Shown: piece by piece, positions 7,843 to 18,793 of the stretch
How positions within the stretch are numbered: the stretch's first letter is position 1
Layout: each line of letters opens with the position of its first letter
Program-made: the position numbers and the translations under genes
Notes under the pieces: generated by a model
Seen by the model: only the letters and a program-made list of their open reading frames with translations
What the model was told of the DNA's origin: nothing
Databases searched by the model: none
Assembly (NCBI RefSeq): GCF_041248615.1
Contig: NZ_CP158425.1
Reading direction: 5' to 3' (one strand)
Origin: Escherichia coli
Lineage (GTDB): Bacteria > Pseudomonadota > Gammaproteobacteria > Enterobacterales > Enterobacteriaceae
DNA: 64,000 nt

Positions 7843-10680
7843 TCCGAGCGGCGAAACATGGGCCAAGAGATCGGGCGATAGCAGCTTTCCATCGCGTTTC
7901 TGGTTTGCAACGACCTCGCCGAGCTTCATGGTGTTCCAGAAGATGATGATGGCGGCGAGCAGATTCATGCCGGCGATGCGGTAATGCTGGCCTTCGGCGG
8001 AACGGTCGCGGATTTCACCGCGGCGGTGGAAGCTGATTGCCCGCTTCAGCGCATGATGAGCTTCGCCTTTGTTGAGCCCGATCTGGGCACGCCGTTGGAG
8101 TTCGGCATCCAGAATCCAGTCGATCATGAACAGGGTGCGCTCGACGCGACCGACTTCCCGCAGGGCTGTCGCGAGCTCGTTCTGCCGCGGATAGGAGGCG
8201 AGTTTCCGCAGAATCTGGCTTGGCGCGACGGTCCCGGCAGCAATGGTGGCGGCGATGCGCAGGATGTCGGGCCAATTGCGCTCGATCATGGCTTGGTTGA
8301 CCTTTCCGCCGATCAACGCTCGCAGGTGCGCCGGGGCGGCCGACGGATTGAACGCGTAGAGCCGTTTGGATGGCAGGTCGCGGATGCGCGGAGCGAACCG
8401 GTAGCCGAGAATGGCACATGCGGCAAAGACGTGATCGGTGAAGCCGCCCGTGTCGGTGAACTGCTCGCGGATATGGCGTCCAGCATCGTTCATCAGCAGG
8501 CCATCGAGGATGTAAGGCGCTTCGCTTGCCGTTGCAGGAATCACCTGGGTTGCGAACGGCGCATATTGGTCGGAGACGTGGCTATAGGCTTTCAGGCCCG
8601 GGGTATTGCCATATTTCGCGTTGACCAGGTTCATGGCCTCACCTTGCTCTGTAGCGACGAAGAACTGTCCGTCGCTCGAAGCCGACGTGCCCATGCCCCA
8701 GAACCGGGCCATGGGTAACGCTGCCTGTGCCTCGACCACCATGGCCAGCGCCCGGTCATAGGCTTCGCCCTCGACATGCCACCGTCCAATGCGGATCAAT
8801 TCCCAGAAGGTGTGGGTGTTTGTCGCATCCGCCATTTTGCGCAAGCCGAGGTTGATCCCTTCCGCCAAGATAACGTTCATTAGCCCGATCCGGTCAGCGC
8901 AGGGTGCTCCTGTGCGCAGATGGGTGAACGCTTCGGTGAAGCCGGTCGCCGCATCCACCTCCAGCAGGAGATCGGTGATGCGCGTGGGCGGGATCTGCTT
9001 GTAGAGATCGAGCACCAGATCTTCGGCGCCTGTCGGCGCGGCGGCTTCGAGTTTCTCGATATGCAGAACGCCGTTTTCAATCGACCCGCCCGGGATCGTG
9101 CCTGCGCGAGCGGCACGGCCAAGCTCGCGCAACCGCATGTCGAGGCGAGCTTGCCGGTCTGCCAGCCATTCCTCCGGCCGCAATGGCACAGCGAGACGAC
9201 CGCCTTCCGCGATGGATTGTGCCGGAACGAGTGCGTGTTTCAGATCGCCATAGCGCCGGGACCTAGTAAGCCAGACATCTCCGGAGCGGAACGCATCGCG
9301 CAGATGGAACAGCACCGCGATCTCCCATAGGCGAGCGTCGCCAGCCCTCTGGGCCCGAAGGTGGCGATGCCATTTCGAGCTGGGCCGCAAGAAGCTGGTC
9401 ATCGCGGCATCGTTCAAACCGGTACGAAGGGCCGTCACCGCTTCCAGAAGCGGCAGTGCAACGGGCGCAGCTCGCAGATCGAGCAGGCGCAACATGCGTG
9501 GAGCGTATCGGCGGAAGCGGTGATAACCGTCGAGCACATGATTGAGCGGATCGTCGGCCATGGTGGCGGTCAGCCTGGTTGCCATTGCAACAAGGGTTTT
9601 TAAGCCGTCCCACCCTGACCCACTCGCGATGACATCGCCCAGCGGCTGGCCATCATCCTGTGCATCGACCAGGGCGCCCCCGATCTCGGCGAAGGATTTC
9701 AGGGTGTCACGCACCACCCCCGCTTCGTCTGCGACCTTTGCATGGCAAATACGCTCCGAAGCACGGTAGAGACGGCCGACGATCCGGTCGTGGGTTTCGA
9801 CCACTGCGTCGGCCAACATCGCCTGCCATTCCGAGACGCAAACAGCCAAGATCGCAAGCCGCCTGTCCTCCGGGAGATCGCGCATGCCGTCGGCATAATA
9901 CCGTTCACCCTGCCTGCGCAGACGAGTCACCCGATGGGCAGGAACGCCGGCAAGCAGATCCTCGGGGAGATCGATGCGTTGCAGATATTCGAGCCGGTCG
10001 AGCAGCCGGTTGGCCGACGAAGAGTTCGAGCCAGGCTCGAACTGGCGCAGCCACACAAAACGGGTCACCCGATCATCAGCCGTCTCCTCGAGCAATGCCA
10101 GCAACTGTTCTCGGATCGACATAGGCAGCCGACTGGCGATCCTCGTCTCGATGCGTCGCTCGGCATCGACGAGAGCCGCGGCACAAAGCCGCTCGATCGT
10201 GGATGTCGCGGGAAGGACAGTGCGGGTGCGTCGGCACTCGGCTACGAAGCGACGGGCGATATCCTCGTTCGACACCGCCATCTCGGCTTCTCGGAACAAC
10301 CATTCCTTCAGCTCGCTCGCACCACGTCCGGAGAAGGTGCGGAAGCCGTAGAGCCCCCGTAACTCGGCAAGATGCTCGTGCCGTGTTTCCTCGCGGGCAG
10401 CATAGTCTACGAGATCGTCGGCACCCAGGCCAAGCTGCGCTCCGATAAATTCGATGACCTCTGCAGGGATCAGTTCGCCTGGAGCCAGCACCCGGCCGGG
10501 ATAGCGCAGGACACACAATTGCAGGGCGAAGCCGAACCTGTTGTGAGCGCGCCGACGCAGCCTGATATGCCCAAGGTCTTCATCACTCAGCGTATAGTGC
10601 TTGAGCAAATCCGTCTGTGAAGTCGGCAAGCGCAACAGCGCGTCTTTCTGCCGATCGGTTAGAGTGACGCGACGCGGCAT
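7795..10680 (-). CDS. tnpA: Tn3-family transposase TnpA of Tn5393
   Basis: 961 aa ORF typical of Tn3-family transposases; divergent from tnpR. Confidence 0.95.
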   Translation of the reverse strand: MPRRVTLTDRQKDALLRLPTSQTDLLKHYTLSDEDLGHIRLRRRAHNRFGFALQLCVLRYPGRVLAPGELIPAEVIEFIGAQLGLGADDLVDYAAREETRHEHLAELRGLYGFRTFSGRGASELKEWLFREAEMAVSNEDIARRFVAECRRTRTVLPATSTIERLCAAALVDAERRIETRIASRLPMSIREQLLALLEETADDRVTRFVWLRQFEPGSNSSSANRLLDRLEYLQRIDLPEDLLAGVPAHRVTRLRRQGERYYADGMRDLPEDRRLAILAVCVSEWQAMLADAVVETHDRIVGRLYRASERICHAKVADEAGVVRDTLKSFAEIGGALVDAQDDGQPLGDVIASGSGWDGLKTLVAMATRLTATMADDPLNHVLDGYHRFRRYAPRMLRLLDLRAAPVALPLLEAVTALRTGLNDAAMTSFLRPSSKWHRHLRAQRAGDARLWEIAVLFHLRDAFRSGDVWLTRSRRYGDLKHALVPAQSIAEGGRLAVPLRPEEWLADRQARLDMRLRELGRAARAGTIPGGSIENGVLHIEKLEAAAPTGAEDLVLDLYKQIPPTRITDLLLEVDAATGFTEAFTHLRTGAPCADRIGLMNVILAEGINLGLRKMADATNTHTFWELIRIGRWHVEGEAYDRALAMVVEAQAALPMARFWGMGTSASSDGQFFVATEQGEAMNLVNAKYGNTPGLKAYSHVSDQYAPFATQVIPATASEAPYILDGLLMNDAGRHIREQFTDTGGFTDHVFAACAILGYRFAPRIRDLPSKRLYAFNPSAAPAHLRALIGGKVNQAMIERNWPDILRIAATIAAGTVAPSQILRKLASYPRQNELATALREVGRVERTLFMIDWILDAELQRRAQIGLNKGEAHHALKRAISFHRRGEIRDRSAEGQHYRIAGMNLLAAIIIFWNTMKLGEVVANQKRDGKLLSPDLLAHVSPLGWEHINLTGEYRWPKP

Positions 10681-10805
10681 ACATGTTCCTTTTTCAAAAT
10701 CTGATAGCGTTCAAGACGCTTTGTTTATGAAGCTGGTTGAGATACATTTCCAGAGGTCAATGCAATCGTGGCCGAAGCGCCGCCTCAAACCAACGTTTGT
10801 GATAC
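10681..10805. promoter_or_regulatory. res site / divergent tnpA-tnpR promoter region of Tn5393
   Basis: 125-bp intergenic region between divergently transcribed tnpA and tnpR, the usual position of res in Tn3-family elements. Confidence 0.6.
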
Positions 10806-11420
10806 ATGCTGATCGGATATGCCCGCGTCTCCAAAGCCGATGGCTCGCAGTCTCTCGACCTGCAGCACGACGCCTTGCGCGCCGCAGGTGTCGAACGGGA
10901 CAATATCTATGATGATCTTGCTTCCGGCGGTCGTGATGATCGCCCTGGCTTGACTGCCTGCCTCAAGTCATTGCGTGACGGCGATGTGCTGGTGGTCTGG
11001 AAGCTCGATCGCCTCGGACGATCGCTTGCCCATCTGGTCAACACGGTGAAGGAGCTGTCAGACCGCAAGATCGGCCTGCGGGTTCTGACTGGAAAGGGCG
11101 CTCAGATCGACACCACGACTGCGTCCGGTCGCATGGTGTTCGGAATCTTCGCCACCTTGGCCGAGTTCGAGCGGGATCTGATCCGAGAGCGCACCATGGC
11201 GGGTCTCGCCTCCGCGAGAGCGCGCGGTCGCAAGGGCGGACGAAAATTCGCGCTCACCAAAGCTCAGGTGCGTCTCGCGCAAGCCGCCATGGCCCAGCGC
11301 GATACTTCAGTTTCCGATCTCTGCAAGGAACTCGGCATCGAGCGCGTCACTCTCTACCGATATGTCGGTCCCAAAGGCGAGCTCAGAGACCATGGAAAGC
11401 ATGTTCTCGGACTTACGTAG
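10806..11420 (+). CDS. tnpR: Tn5393 resolvase TnpR (serine recombinase)
   Basis: 204 aa; N-terminal MLIGYARVSKADGSQSLDLQ serine-recombinase motif; C-terminal helix-turn-helix. Confidence 0.95.
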   Translation: MLIGYARVSKADGSQSLDLQHDALRAAGVERDNIYDDLASGGRDDRPGLTACLKSLRDGDVLVVWKLDRLGRSLAHLVNTVKELSDRKIGLRVLTGKGAQIDTTTASGRMVFGIFATLAEFERDLIRERTMAGLASARARGRKGGRKFALTKAQVRLAQAAMAQRDTSVSDLCKELGIERVTLYRYVGPKGELRDHGKHVLGLT

Positions 11421-11450
11421 CAACTCGTTTCTTTTCGCAGGTTGAGCCAC

Positions 11451-11871
11451 AGAGGTGGATCAGGAAATTTGAACAACACTTATAAGTGATATTTTGCTCC
11501 CCAAATGATGTTATAAACATCAATATATGGAGTATTTTATGACACGTAGACCAAGAAGAAATCATTCAAATGACTTTAAAGCTAAGGTAGCACTTGCTGC
11601 GATTAAAGCAGAAAAAACACTTGCTGAATTGAGTGCTGAATTTGATGTTCATCAAAACCAAATTATTGACTGGAAAAATCAACTGATTTCAGCTTCCTCG
11701 CAAGCTTTCGATCAATCAAAAGCTCCAACAGAACCACCCATCGATCTAAAAAAACTACATGCAAAAATCGGTGAGCAGGCATTAGAAATTGATTTTTTAG
11801 AAGGTGTGTTGAAGAAACTGGGTCGCTTCAACCACAAAAGTTAATCGATGACTCACTTCAGATTTCAGTAT
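11451..11871 (+). mobile_element. IS3-family element, left end only (AT-rich), truncated
   Basis: Starts AGAGGTGGATCAGG (similar to ends of the IS at 13781-15064); contains OrfA but no OrfB before the IS5-family element. Confidence 0.55.
11539..11844 (+). CDS. IS3-family transposase OrfA
   Basis: MTRRPRRNHSNDFKAKVALAAIKAEKTL... similar to the OrfA at 14669-14980. Confidence 0.7.
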   Translation: MTRRPRRNHSNDFKAKVALAAIKAEKTLAELSAEFDVHQNQIIDWKNQLISASSQAFDQSKAPTEPPIDLKKLHAKIGEQALEIDFLEGVLKKLGRFNHKS

Positions 11872-11938
11872 CTAGGGTCAGGACCCATTGATTTGAACTG
11901 ACGGCTGTGATTCAGATGGGCGTATAGGAGCCCGACTG

Positions 11939-12289
11939 ATGAGTAATTTGTTTTGGCTGACGGACGAGCAAATGGCTCGTCTTCAGCCCTATTTCCCCAA
12001 GAGCCATGGCCGCCAGCGCGTTGATGATCGACGCGTTCTGAGCGGCATCATCTTCGTCAACCGCAACGGGCTGCGTTGGCGTGATGCGCCGAAGGAATAT
12101 GGCCCGGCGAAGACGCTTTATAACCGCTGGAAACGCTGGGGCGACAAGGGCGTATTTATCCAGATGATGGAAGGTCTGGCCGTGCCTGAAGCCGCAGAGC
12201 ACAAGACCATCATGATCGATGCGACCTATCTCAAGGCCCACCGCACGGCTTCCAGCTTGCGGGTAAAAAAGGGGGCGCGGGCCGCCTGA
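11939..12289 (+). CDS. IS5-family transposase, N-terminal ORF
   Basis: 116 aa MSNLFWLTDEQMARLQPYFP... typical IS5/IS427-group OrfA. Confidence 0.75.
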   Translation: MSNLFWLTDEQMARLQPYFPKSHGRQRVDDRRVLSGIIFVNRNGLRWRDAPKEYGPAKTLYNRWKRWGDKGVFIQMMEGLAVPEAAEHKTIMIDATYLKAHRTASSLRVKKGARAA

Positions 12290-12309
12290 TTGGACGCACG
12301 AAAGGCGGC

Positions 12310-12699
12310 ATGAACACCAAGCTTCATGCCGTAACGGATGCGAGTGGTCGCCCGATCAGCTTCTTCATAACGGCAGGCCAGGTCAGCGATTACACCGGTG
12401 CTGCCGCCTTGCTTGATGAACTTCCCAAGGCCAAATGGTTGCTGGCCGACCGTGGCTATGATGCCGACTGGTATCGTGACGCTTTACAGGCGAAGGGGAT
12501 CACTCCCTGCATTCCAGGTCGAAAATCCCGCAAGAAGACCATCAAATACGACAAACGCCGCTACAAACGGCGCAACCGGATCGAGATCATGTTCGGGCGT
12601 CTCAAAGACTGGCGGCGTGTCGCTACGCGTTACGACCGGTGCCCAATGGCCTTTCTCTCCGCCATCGCTCTCGCTGCGACCGTTATCTTCTGGCTATGA
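12310..12699 (+). CDS. IS5-family transposase, C-terminal ORF (DDE)
   Basis: 129 aa, ...LADRGYDADWYRDAL... DDE-domain portion; likely joined to OrfA by frameshifting. Confidence 0.75.
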   Translation: MNTKLHAVTDASGRPISFFITAGQVSDYTGAAALLDELPKAKWLLADRGYDADWYRDALQAKGITPCIPGRKSRKKTIKYDKRRYKRRNRIEIMFGRLKDWRRVATRYDRCPMAFLSAIALAATVIFWL

Positions 12700-12719
12700 G
12701 CAATGAGTCCTGACCCTAG

Positions 12720-13318
12720 CGCATATCAAGCCAGAGGAGCCTGAGGTACTTGGTCTTTTAGCCCTCATGGAACTCCAGTGCTCTCGGCTGCTTGCCCGAC
12801 AAGATCGTCAAGGCTTGCCAGTGCCGCTCGATCGTCAGGATCGTGGCTTGTGGGATCGATTGCTCATACGTCGAGGTCTGGAGATAGTTGAGCGAGCATG
12901 CCGCATGTCGTCTCCCACTGGATGGTATCTTCTGCAAGCGTTGATTTCTGCTTGTCACGCGCGGGCTGCGAGCTTTCGAGACACCAATTGGCGAGAGATA
13001 CTGGCGAGATATGACGCGCTCTTCCTGTTGAGCCCTACATACGTAGTTGCCCTCAATCGAGCAGTCGCTGTGTCGTGGGCCATGAACCCCGCTGCAGGGA
13101 TGGCGGTCCTTAAGGCGATTGAGGACGAGTGGGACGTGGAGACCTACCCGCTTTTTCACGCGACGCGGGCGGATTTCCTTTCGCGTCTTGGTTTCCAAGA
13201 CCAAGCTGCGGCAGCCTATCAGGCTGCGGCCGTACTCAGCACCAACCTACCTCAAAAGTTGTTCTTGGTCACGCGCGCTGAGGAATGCCTGGCAGGGTCT
13301 CGGACAGATGTTGGATAA
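12720..13318 (+). pseudogene. ECF-type RNA polymerase sigma factor, C-terminal domain fragment (GC-rich)
   Basis: YLLQALISACHARAASFRDTNWREI...VVALNRAVAV resembles C-terminal extension of ECF sigma factors; N-terminal sigma regions absent. Confidence 0.45.
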
Positions 13319-13841
13319 CATCAGTCGATTGACGGTGATTGCGCGCACGTGGACGCGCATCATGACAGGTATGACGAGCCTTTGAACGTCCGCTGGCTGT
13401 GCCGGCGCCATCATATCCGGCTGCACTTCTACGGTGAGGACATGTTTCCTATGTGCAGGCCGCATCACGTATGAACGGCGGCTCTCCGGTTATGCCTCAA
13501 CGCCGCTGAAAGCGTCGCGCGGTCAGTCAGCCATGACGATCATACCTTATTCAGATCATGCGATCGGCGCCCTGCCATCAGGAGGATGAAATGCGTAAAG
13601 ATCAGATCCCGGATTTCGTTGATGAGATCTTCGCCACCGGCTGCCCAATCACCGCAGTAGGACAAGATTGCTATGTTTTGCAGAGAGCGATCTGCTGGCA
13701 GAAGACTTCGACCGTGTTGGTGAGGTGGTCGATAAAATCTGCCAGCGATAAGGAAAGCGTGACCATCTGTTGCTGACATCAGAGGTGGCTCGGTTTGTCT
13801 GAACAGTTTTGGGCGTTTTGCTAAGTGGATTTCCGCCTTGA

Positions 13842-14672
13842 TTATGCCGCCACCATCATTGGTGCCAGCGCGTTGAAGTAGGCCTGATCCGGCGTCTGCC
13901 GGTCAAGGGATGAATGTGGACGTCGGCTATTGTAGAAGGCGAGATAGCGGCCGATGCCAGCGCGAGCCTCGGATACGGTCTTGTAGGCGTGGAGATAGAC
14001 CTCTTCGTATTTGATCGACCGCCAGAGCCGCTCGACGAAGACGTTGTCGCGCCACGCGCCCTTGCCATCCATCGAGATGGCGATCTCCGCCTTCTTCAGC
14101 ACGGCTGTGAAGTCGATGGAGGTGAACTGCGAACCCTGATCGGTGTTGAATATTTCAGGCTTTCCATAGCGGGCCAGCGCGTCCTCGACCGCTTCGATGC
14201 AGAAGTCCGCCTCCATCGTGATCGACAGCCGCCAGGACAGAACCCGCCGGCTAAACCAGTCCACGACGGCGCAGAGATAGACGAATCCCCGCGCCATCGG
14301 CACATACGTTATGTCCATTGCCCAGACCTGGTTGGGCCGGGTGACCGCCAGCTTGCGCAGGAGATAAGGATAGATTTTGTGACCTGGCGCTGGTTTGGAG
14401 GTGTTCGGGCGACGGTAGATTGCCTCGATGCCCATCTTCTTCATCAGCGTGGCGACGTGCAACCGCCCGACCTCGGTCCCTTCACCCCTCAAAAGCCCTT
14501 GCAACATCCGACTTCCGGCGAACGGATAGTCGAGGTGCAGTTCGTCGATCCGCCGCATCAGGTCCAGATCGCCGTCGGACACTTGACGTGGAGAATAGTA
14601 GACACTGCCACGGCTGAAGCCGAGAAGCCTGGCCTGACGTGCGACCGACAGTTTGTGTGTTCGGTCGATCAT
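13842..14672 (-). CDS. IS3-family transposase OrfB (integrase core)
   Basis: 276 aa with DITYV...D...E integrase core; overlaps OrfA by 4 nt. Confidence 0.85.
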   Translation of the reverse strand: MIDRTHKLSVARQARLLGFSRGSVYYSPRQVSDGDLDLMRRIDELHLDYPFAGSRMLQGLLRGEGTEVGRLHVATLMKKMGIEAIYRRPNTSKPAPGHKIYPYLLRKLAVTRPNQVWAMDITYVPMARGFVYLCAVVDWFSRRVLSWRLSITMEADFCIEAVEDALARYGKPEIFNTDQGSQFTSIDFTAVLKKAEIAISMDGKGAWRDNVFVERLWRSIKYEEVYLHAYKTVSEARAGIGRYLAFYNSRRPHSSLDRQTPDQAYFNALAPMMVAA

Positions 14673-14980
14673 TTCTTTCCGCCCAGCAATCCCGCTTTGC
14701 CGAGCGCTCCGGCTAAAAAATCATTCTCCAATGTCAGTTCGCCTATTTTGGCGTGCAGCGTTTTGACATCGACGGTTGGACCTGCCGGTTCCGCCTTCGC
14801 TTCATCGCCGAAAACGCCTGTCGCCCCATCAAGGAGCTGGTCTTTCCACTGTTTGATCTGGTTGGCATGCACGTCGAACTGCTGGGACAATTCCACCAGC
14901 GTCTGCTCACCTCGGATCGCGGCGAGCGCCACTTTTGCCTTGAAAGCCGGGCTGTGGTTCCGGCGCGGTCGTCTTGTCAT
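14669..14980 (-). CDS. IS3-family transposase OrfA
   Basis: MTRRPRRNHSPAFKAKVALAAIRGEQTL... Confidence 0.8.
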   Translation of the reverse strand: MTRRPRRNHSPAFKAKVALAAIRGEQTLVELSQQFDVHANQIKQWKDQLLDGATGVFGDEAKAEPAGPTVDVKTLHAKIGELTLENDFLAGALGKAGLLGGKK

Positions 14981-15226
14981 GGTATCTCCTGTTCCCGGCA
15001 TCTAAGCCGAAGTCAGGCAGAAATTCCACTTATCACCGCTGTGCAGATTTCCCGAGCCACCTCTATCGTCGATCATTTGAGGAGCCTCGGCCGTTTCTAC
15101 GACCTGCGGCTTGAGACACTCCAATAGCGACTATGGGTCGGTCCGCGCTTTAGAATAAGGGATCTAGACCCTGTCGCCAATTTTGGCCTGACGGGGGTTT
15201 CCAGCTACGCCTTCATATGTCGTGCC

Positions 15227-15418
15227 TCAGCCGCGCTGCAAGCGCCGGGCACTGATGCCCAGCATGCTGGTGGTCTTCACCTTTCCGCCGACGCGCCTGA
15301 GGATGATGATTGCCGCGTCCGTGGCCAGCCCGGTGCCGATGGCAGCCAAATGACCCAATTGGAACGGCAGATAGCCCGGCTTGACCACGAGAAGCACTCC
15401 GATGAAGCCGATGACCAC
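15227..15418 (-). pseudogene. possible EamA/DMT transporter fragment
   Basis: 63 aa hydrophobic ORF GFIGVLLVVKPG...; short remnant only. Confidence 0.3.
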
Positions 15419-15999
15419 GGCGGTCCACCGCCGAACCGCGATGCTGAAGCCACAAATCGAGCTTTGCGAGGAGTTTCTTTATCCGTCTCAATGAGATAAG
15501 GGCCAACTTTAGATCAAGTGCGTCGTAGTACGGCGTGCACCTTGGGCTTGATCCAGCTATAGTGTAATTGTATGCTGGAAATATGTGCAACCCTGGTGTC
15601 TAGGCCGTGCGAAGCCAATCAGGCTCGAAAGTCGTTGCGGGTTGTTATCCGTTAAAGGCGGCGACTGTAGCCGCCGCTATTTGGCCCCTTGATACCATTT
15701 AGCATTTGGAGCTTTAGGTTCTATAATTTAACGTTACGCTACAGCCGACACCCCGCTTGCCTGAGCGTTTGGATTTCAATCACTTAGTAGACCAACTTGC
15801 GGGTCGACGGTTCGTGTCCCTTCAAGGCGGAGGCTTCGGCAGCTGGCGTCTCTATGCCGCGGTGGTGCTTTTCCGAAACGGAAGTCGCCCATTCGCGTCA
15901 CGTAAACCGACCGTCAGGCGGTACGGCTTAGGAGAATAATCGCAAAGCAGACTGAGACCACCACCCTCGCGCTACCCTTTGCGCAGGCGTCGAAGGCGA

Positions 16000-16542
16000 T
16001 CAGGTGCGCTGATCGAGTCTGTCGAGCACCATCGCTGCAAGTTCATCGCTGGTGTGTGCACCACTATCGAGAACACGGGTTGTGGACGGAAGCCGTTCCC
16101 TTGCGGCCAAGCATCGGGCGACATTCGCTAATCGCCACTCTCGAATCTCCGCATTCCGATTCGGGTCAGGATGCATGGTCTGGTTCGAGATCCGGTGACG
16201 CAATAGGTCCTCGTTAAGCATCAGAAAGATGTGCAGCAGCTGATCGTCGATCTGCCTTAACCCGTCGAGTATCTCAGTCAGATAGTCCGGGTGCACGAGC
16301 GTCATTGGGATGATGATGTCCTGCGAGTAATTCCTGCGAATCTCGCTGACCGCAGCGATCGTAAGTCCCCTCCACAAGGGGAGATCCTGATAGTCTCCGC
16401 TCGCTGGTATGGGGACCGTTTCTTTCACCACGAACCCGATTTCCTCAGGGTCAAAGATCAGCGATTTCGGACGCCGATCGCGCAGCCGCTCAGCGAGAGT
16501 CGTCTTTCCGGCGCCGAAAGGTCCGTTGATCCAGATTATCAT
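16000..16542 (-). CDS. tmrB: TmrB-like P-loop ATPase (tunicamycin resistance protein family)
   Basis: 180 aa with Walker A GPFGAGKTT; lies immediately downstream of aac(3)-II as in remembered contexts. Confidence 0.8.
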   Translation of the reverse strand: MIIWINGPFGAGKTTLAERLRDRRPKSLIFDPEEIGFVVKETVPIPASGDYQDLPLWRGLTIAAVSEIRRNYSQDIIIPMTLVHPDYLTEILDGLRQIDDQLLHIFLMLNEDLLRHRISNQTMHPDPNRNAEIREWRLANVARCLAARERLPSTTRVLDSGAHTSDELAAMVLDRLDQRT

Positions 16543-16554
16543 TGTCGACGGCCT

Positions 16555-17415
16555 CTAACCGGAAGGCTCGCAAGAGCGCTGGGCGGCTTCGTGTGCTGGC
16601 ACGATCGGAGTGGCTCCGAAGTGCTTCTCAAGATAGGTGACGCCGAACGTCACGATGTCCTGCGCGTCGAACAGGTAGCACTGAGCAAAGCCCACGACAC
16701 CTTCTCGATGGCGACCGAGCTTCACGTAAGCATTTGCTATAGTTTCGACCGCATCCGGCTTTCCTTCGATAGCAAAGCAATCGAGAATGCCGTTTGAATC
16801 GTATTCTGATGCCGTTTTCCAGGCGACTTCACCGTTTCTTCCAAGCATCGGCATCTCATACGTCACCCATCGTTTGTTGGGGATATCCGCAACCGCCTCG
16901 GCGTAGTGCAATGCGGTAACGGAGTTTAGCGGCGCACCCAACAGCAGGGCCTTCCCGCCAAGGCGGACGAACCGCTCGACGGGCGACCCTTCCCCCAAGG
17001 CGTGACCGAGTTCGTGAGGCTCCGTCAGCGTTTCAGCTAGCGGACCAACCGCGACCATCGATGCATCGGGGTGCGCGCTGCGCCGCGCGCCGGGGGCTTG
17101 AACCAGAAATTGATTCAGCAGGCCGAACCCACGGTAAGTCCCGGCCGTTGCGGGATCGAACGGCGGCCAGGTACGGCGGGCTTTGTCATCCAACCGAGCG
17201 CCATTCAGAGTCTCCTCGTAGGGTGATCGGTCCCACGACGCGTATCCCATCACAGTGCCAGTCGGCCCAACCGCGGAGCGTAACGCGGCAACGACCGTCT
17301 CCGCTCCTCCTTCGACCGGACCAATCGCTTTAAGTGAGGCATGCACCATCAACAGGTCACCGGTTTGGACTCCGAGTTTTCGAATTGCCTCCGTTATTGC
17401 CTTCCGCGTATGCAT
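16555..17415 (-). CDS. aac(3)-II: aminoglycoside N-acetyltransferase AAC(3)-II (gentamicin resistance); sub-variant not resolved
   Basis: 286 aa MHTRKAITEAIRKLGVQTGDLLMVHASLKAIGPVEGGAETVVAALR... matches AAC(3)-II family. Confidence 0.92.
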   Translation of the reverse strand: MHTRKAITEAIRKLGVQTGDLLMVHASLKAIGPVEGGAETVVAALRSAVGPTGTVMGYASWDRSPYEETLNGARLDDKARRTWPPFDPATAGTYRGFGLLNQFLVQAPGARRSAHPDASMVAVGPLAETLTEPHELGHALGEGSPVERFVRLGGKALLLGAPLNSVTALHYAEAVADIPNKRWVTYEMPMLGRNGEVAWKTASEYDSNGILDCFAIEGKPDAVETIANAYVKLGRHREGVVGFAQCYLFDAQDIVTFGVTYLEKHFGATPIVPAHEAAQRSCEPSG

Positions 17416-17491
17416 CGCGATATCTCCTTTTAAATTAAAAATGAAGTTTTAAATCAATCTAAAGTATATATGAGTAAACTTGGTCTGACAG

Positions 17492-18364
<873 letters not shown>

Positions 18365-18517
18365 TCAATATTATTGAAGCATTTATCAGGGTTATTGTCT
18401 CATGAGCGGATACATATTTGAATGTATTTAGAAAAATAAACAAATAGGGGTTCCGCGCACATGGTGATGCTGCCAACTTACTGATTTAGTGTATGATGGT
18501 GTTTTTGAGGTGCTCCA

Positions 18518-18793
18518 GTGGCTTCTGTTTCTATCAGCTGTCCCTCCTGTTCAGCTACTGACGGGGTGGTGCGTAACGGCAAAAGCACCGCCGGACATCA
18601 GCGCTATCTCTGCTCTCACTGCCGTAAAACATGGCAACTGCAGTTCACTTACACCGCTTCTCAACCCGGTACGCACCAGAAAATCATTGATATGGCCATG
18701 AATGGCGTTGGATGCCGGGCAACCGCCCGCATTATGGGCGTTGGCCTCAACACGATTTTCCGCCATTTAAAAAACTCAGGCCGCAGTCGGTAA
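18518..18793 (+). CDS. insA: IS1 InsA
   Basis: 91 aa [40 protein letters not shown]... Confidence 0.9.
   Translation: MASVSISCPSCSATDGVVRNGKSTAGHQRYLCSHCRKTWQLQFTYTASQPGTHQKIIDMAMNGVGCRATARIMGVGLNTIFRHLKNSGRSR

Larger units (their letters stand above)
7762..11450 (-). mobile_element. Tn5393 left-hand portion (IRL - tnpA - res - tnpR - 30 bp), without IS1133
   Basis: Intact tnpA and tnpR divergent around res; sequence after tnpR matches the strA leader for 30 bp then switches to an IS3-like end. Confidence 0.85.
11872..12719 (+). mobile_element. IS5-family (IS427-group-like) insertion sequence
   Basis: Inverted repeats CTAGGGTCAGGAC / GTCCTGACCCTAG at the ends; two consecutive transposase ORFs. 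Confidence 0.7.
13781..15064 (-). mobile_element. IS3-family insertion sequence, complete (GC-rich), about 1.28 kb
   Basis: Inverted ends AGAGGTGGCTCGG; flanked by ATC on both sides (3-bp duplication); OrfA/OrfB pair; boundaries +/- a few bp. Confidence 0.7.

Noticed and set aside
7984-10516. Multiple 70-240-aa ORFs on both strands inside Tn5393 tnpA
   Set aside because: Overlap the well-supported 961-aa transposase gene in a high-GC region where spurious long ORFs are common.
13319-13470. Possible HNH-like remnant (..LNVRWLCRRHHIRLHF..)
   Set aside because: Too short and without a start or flanking domain; at most a gene fragment in the mosaic region.
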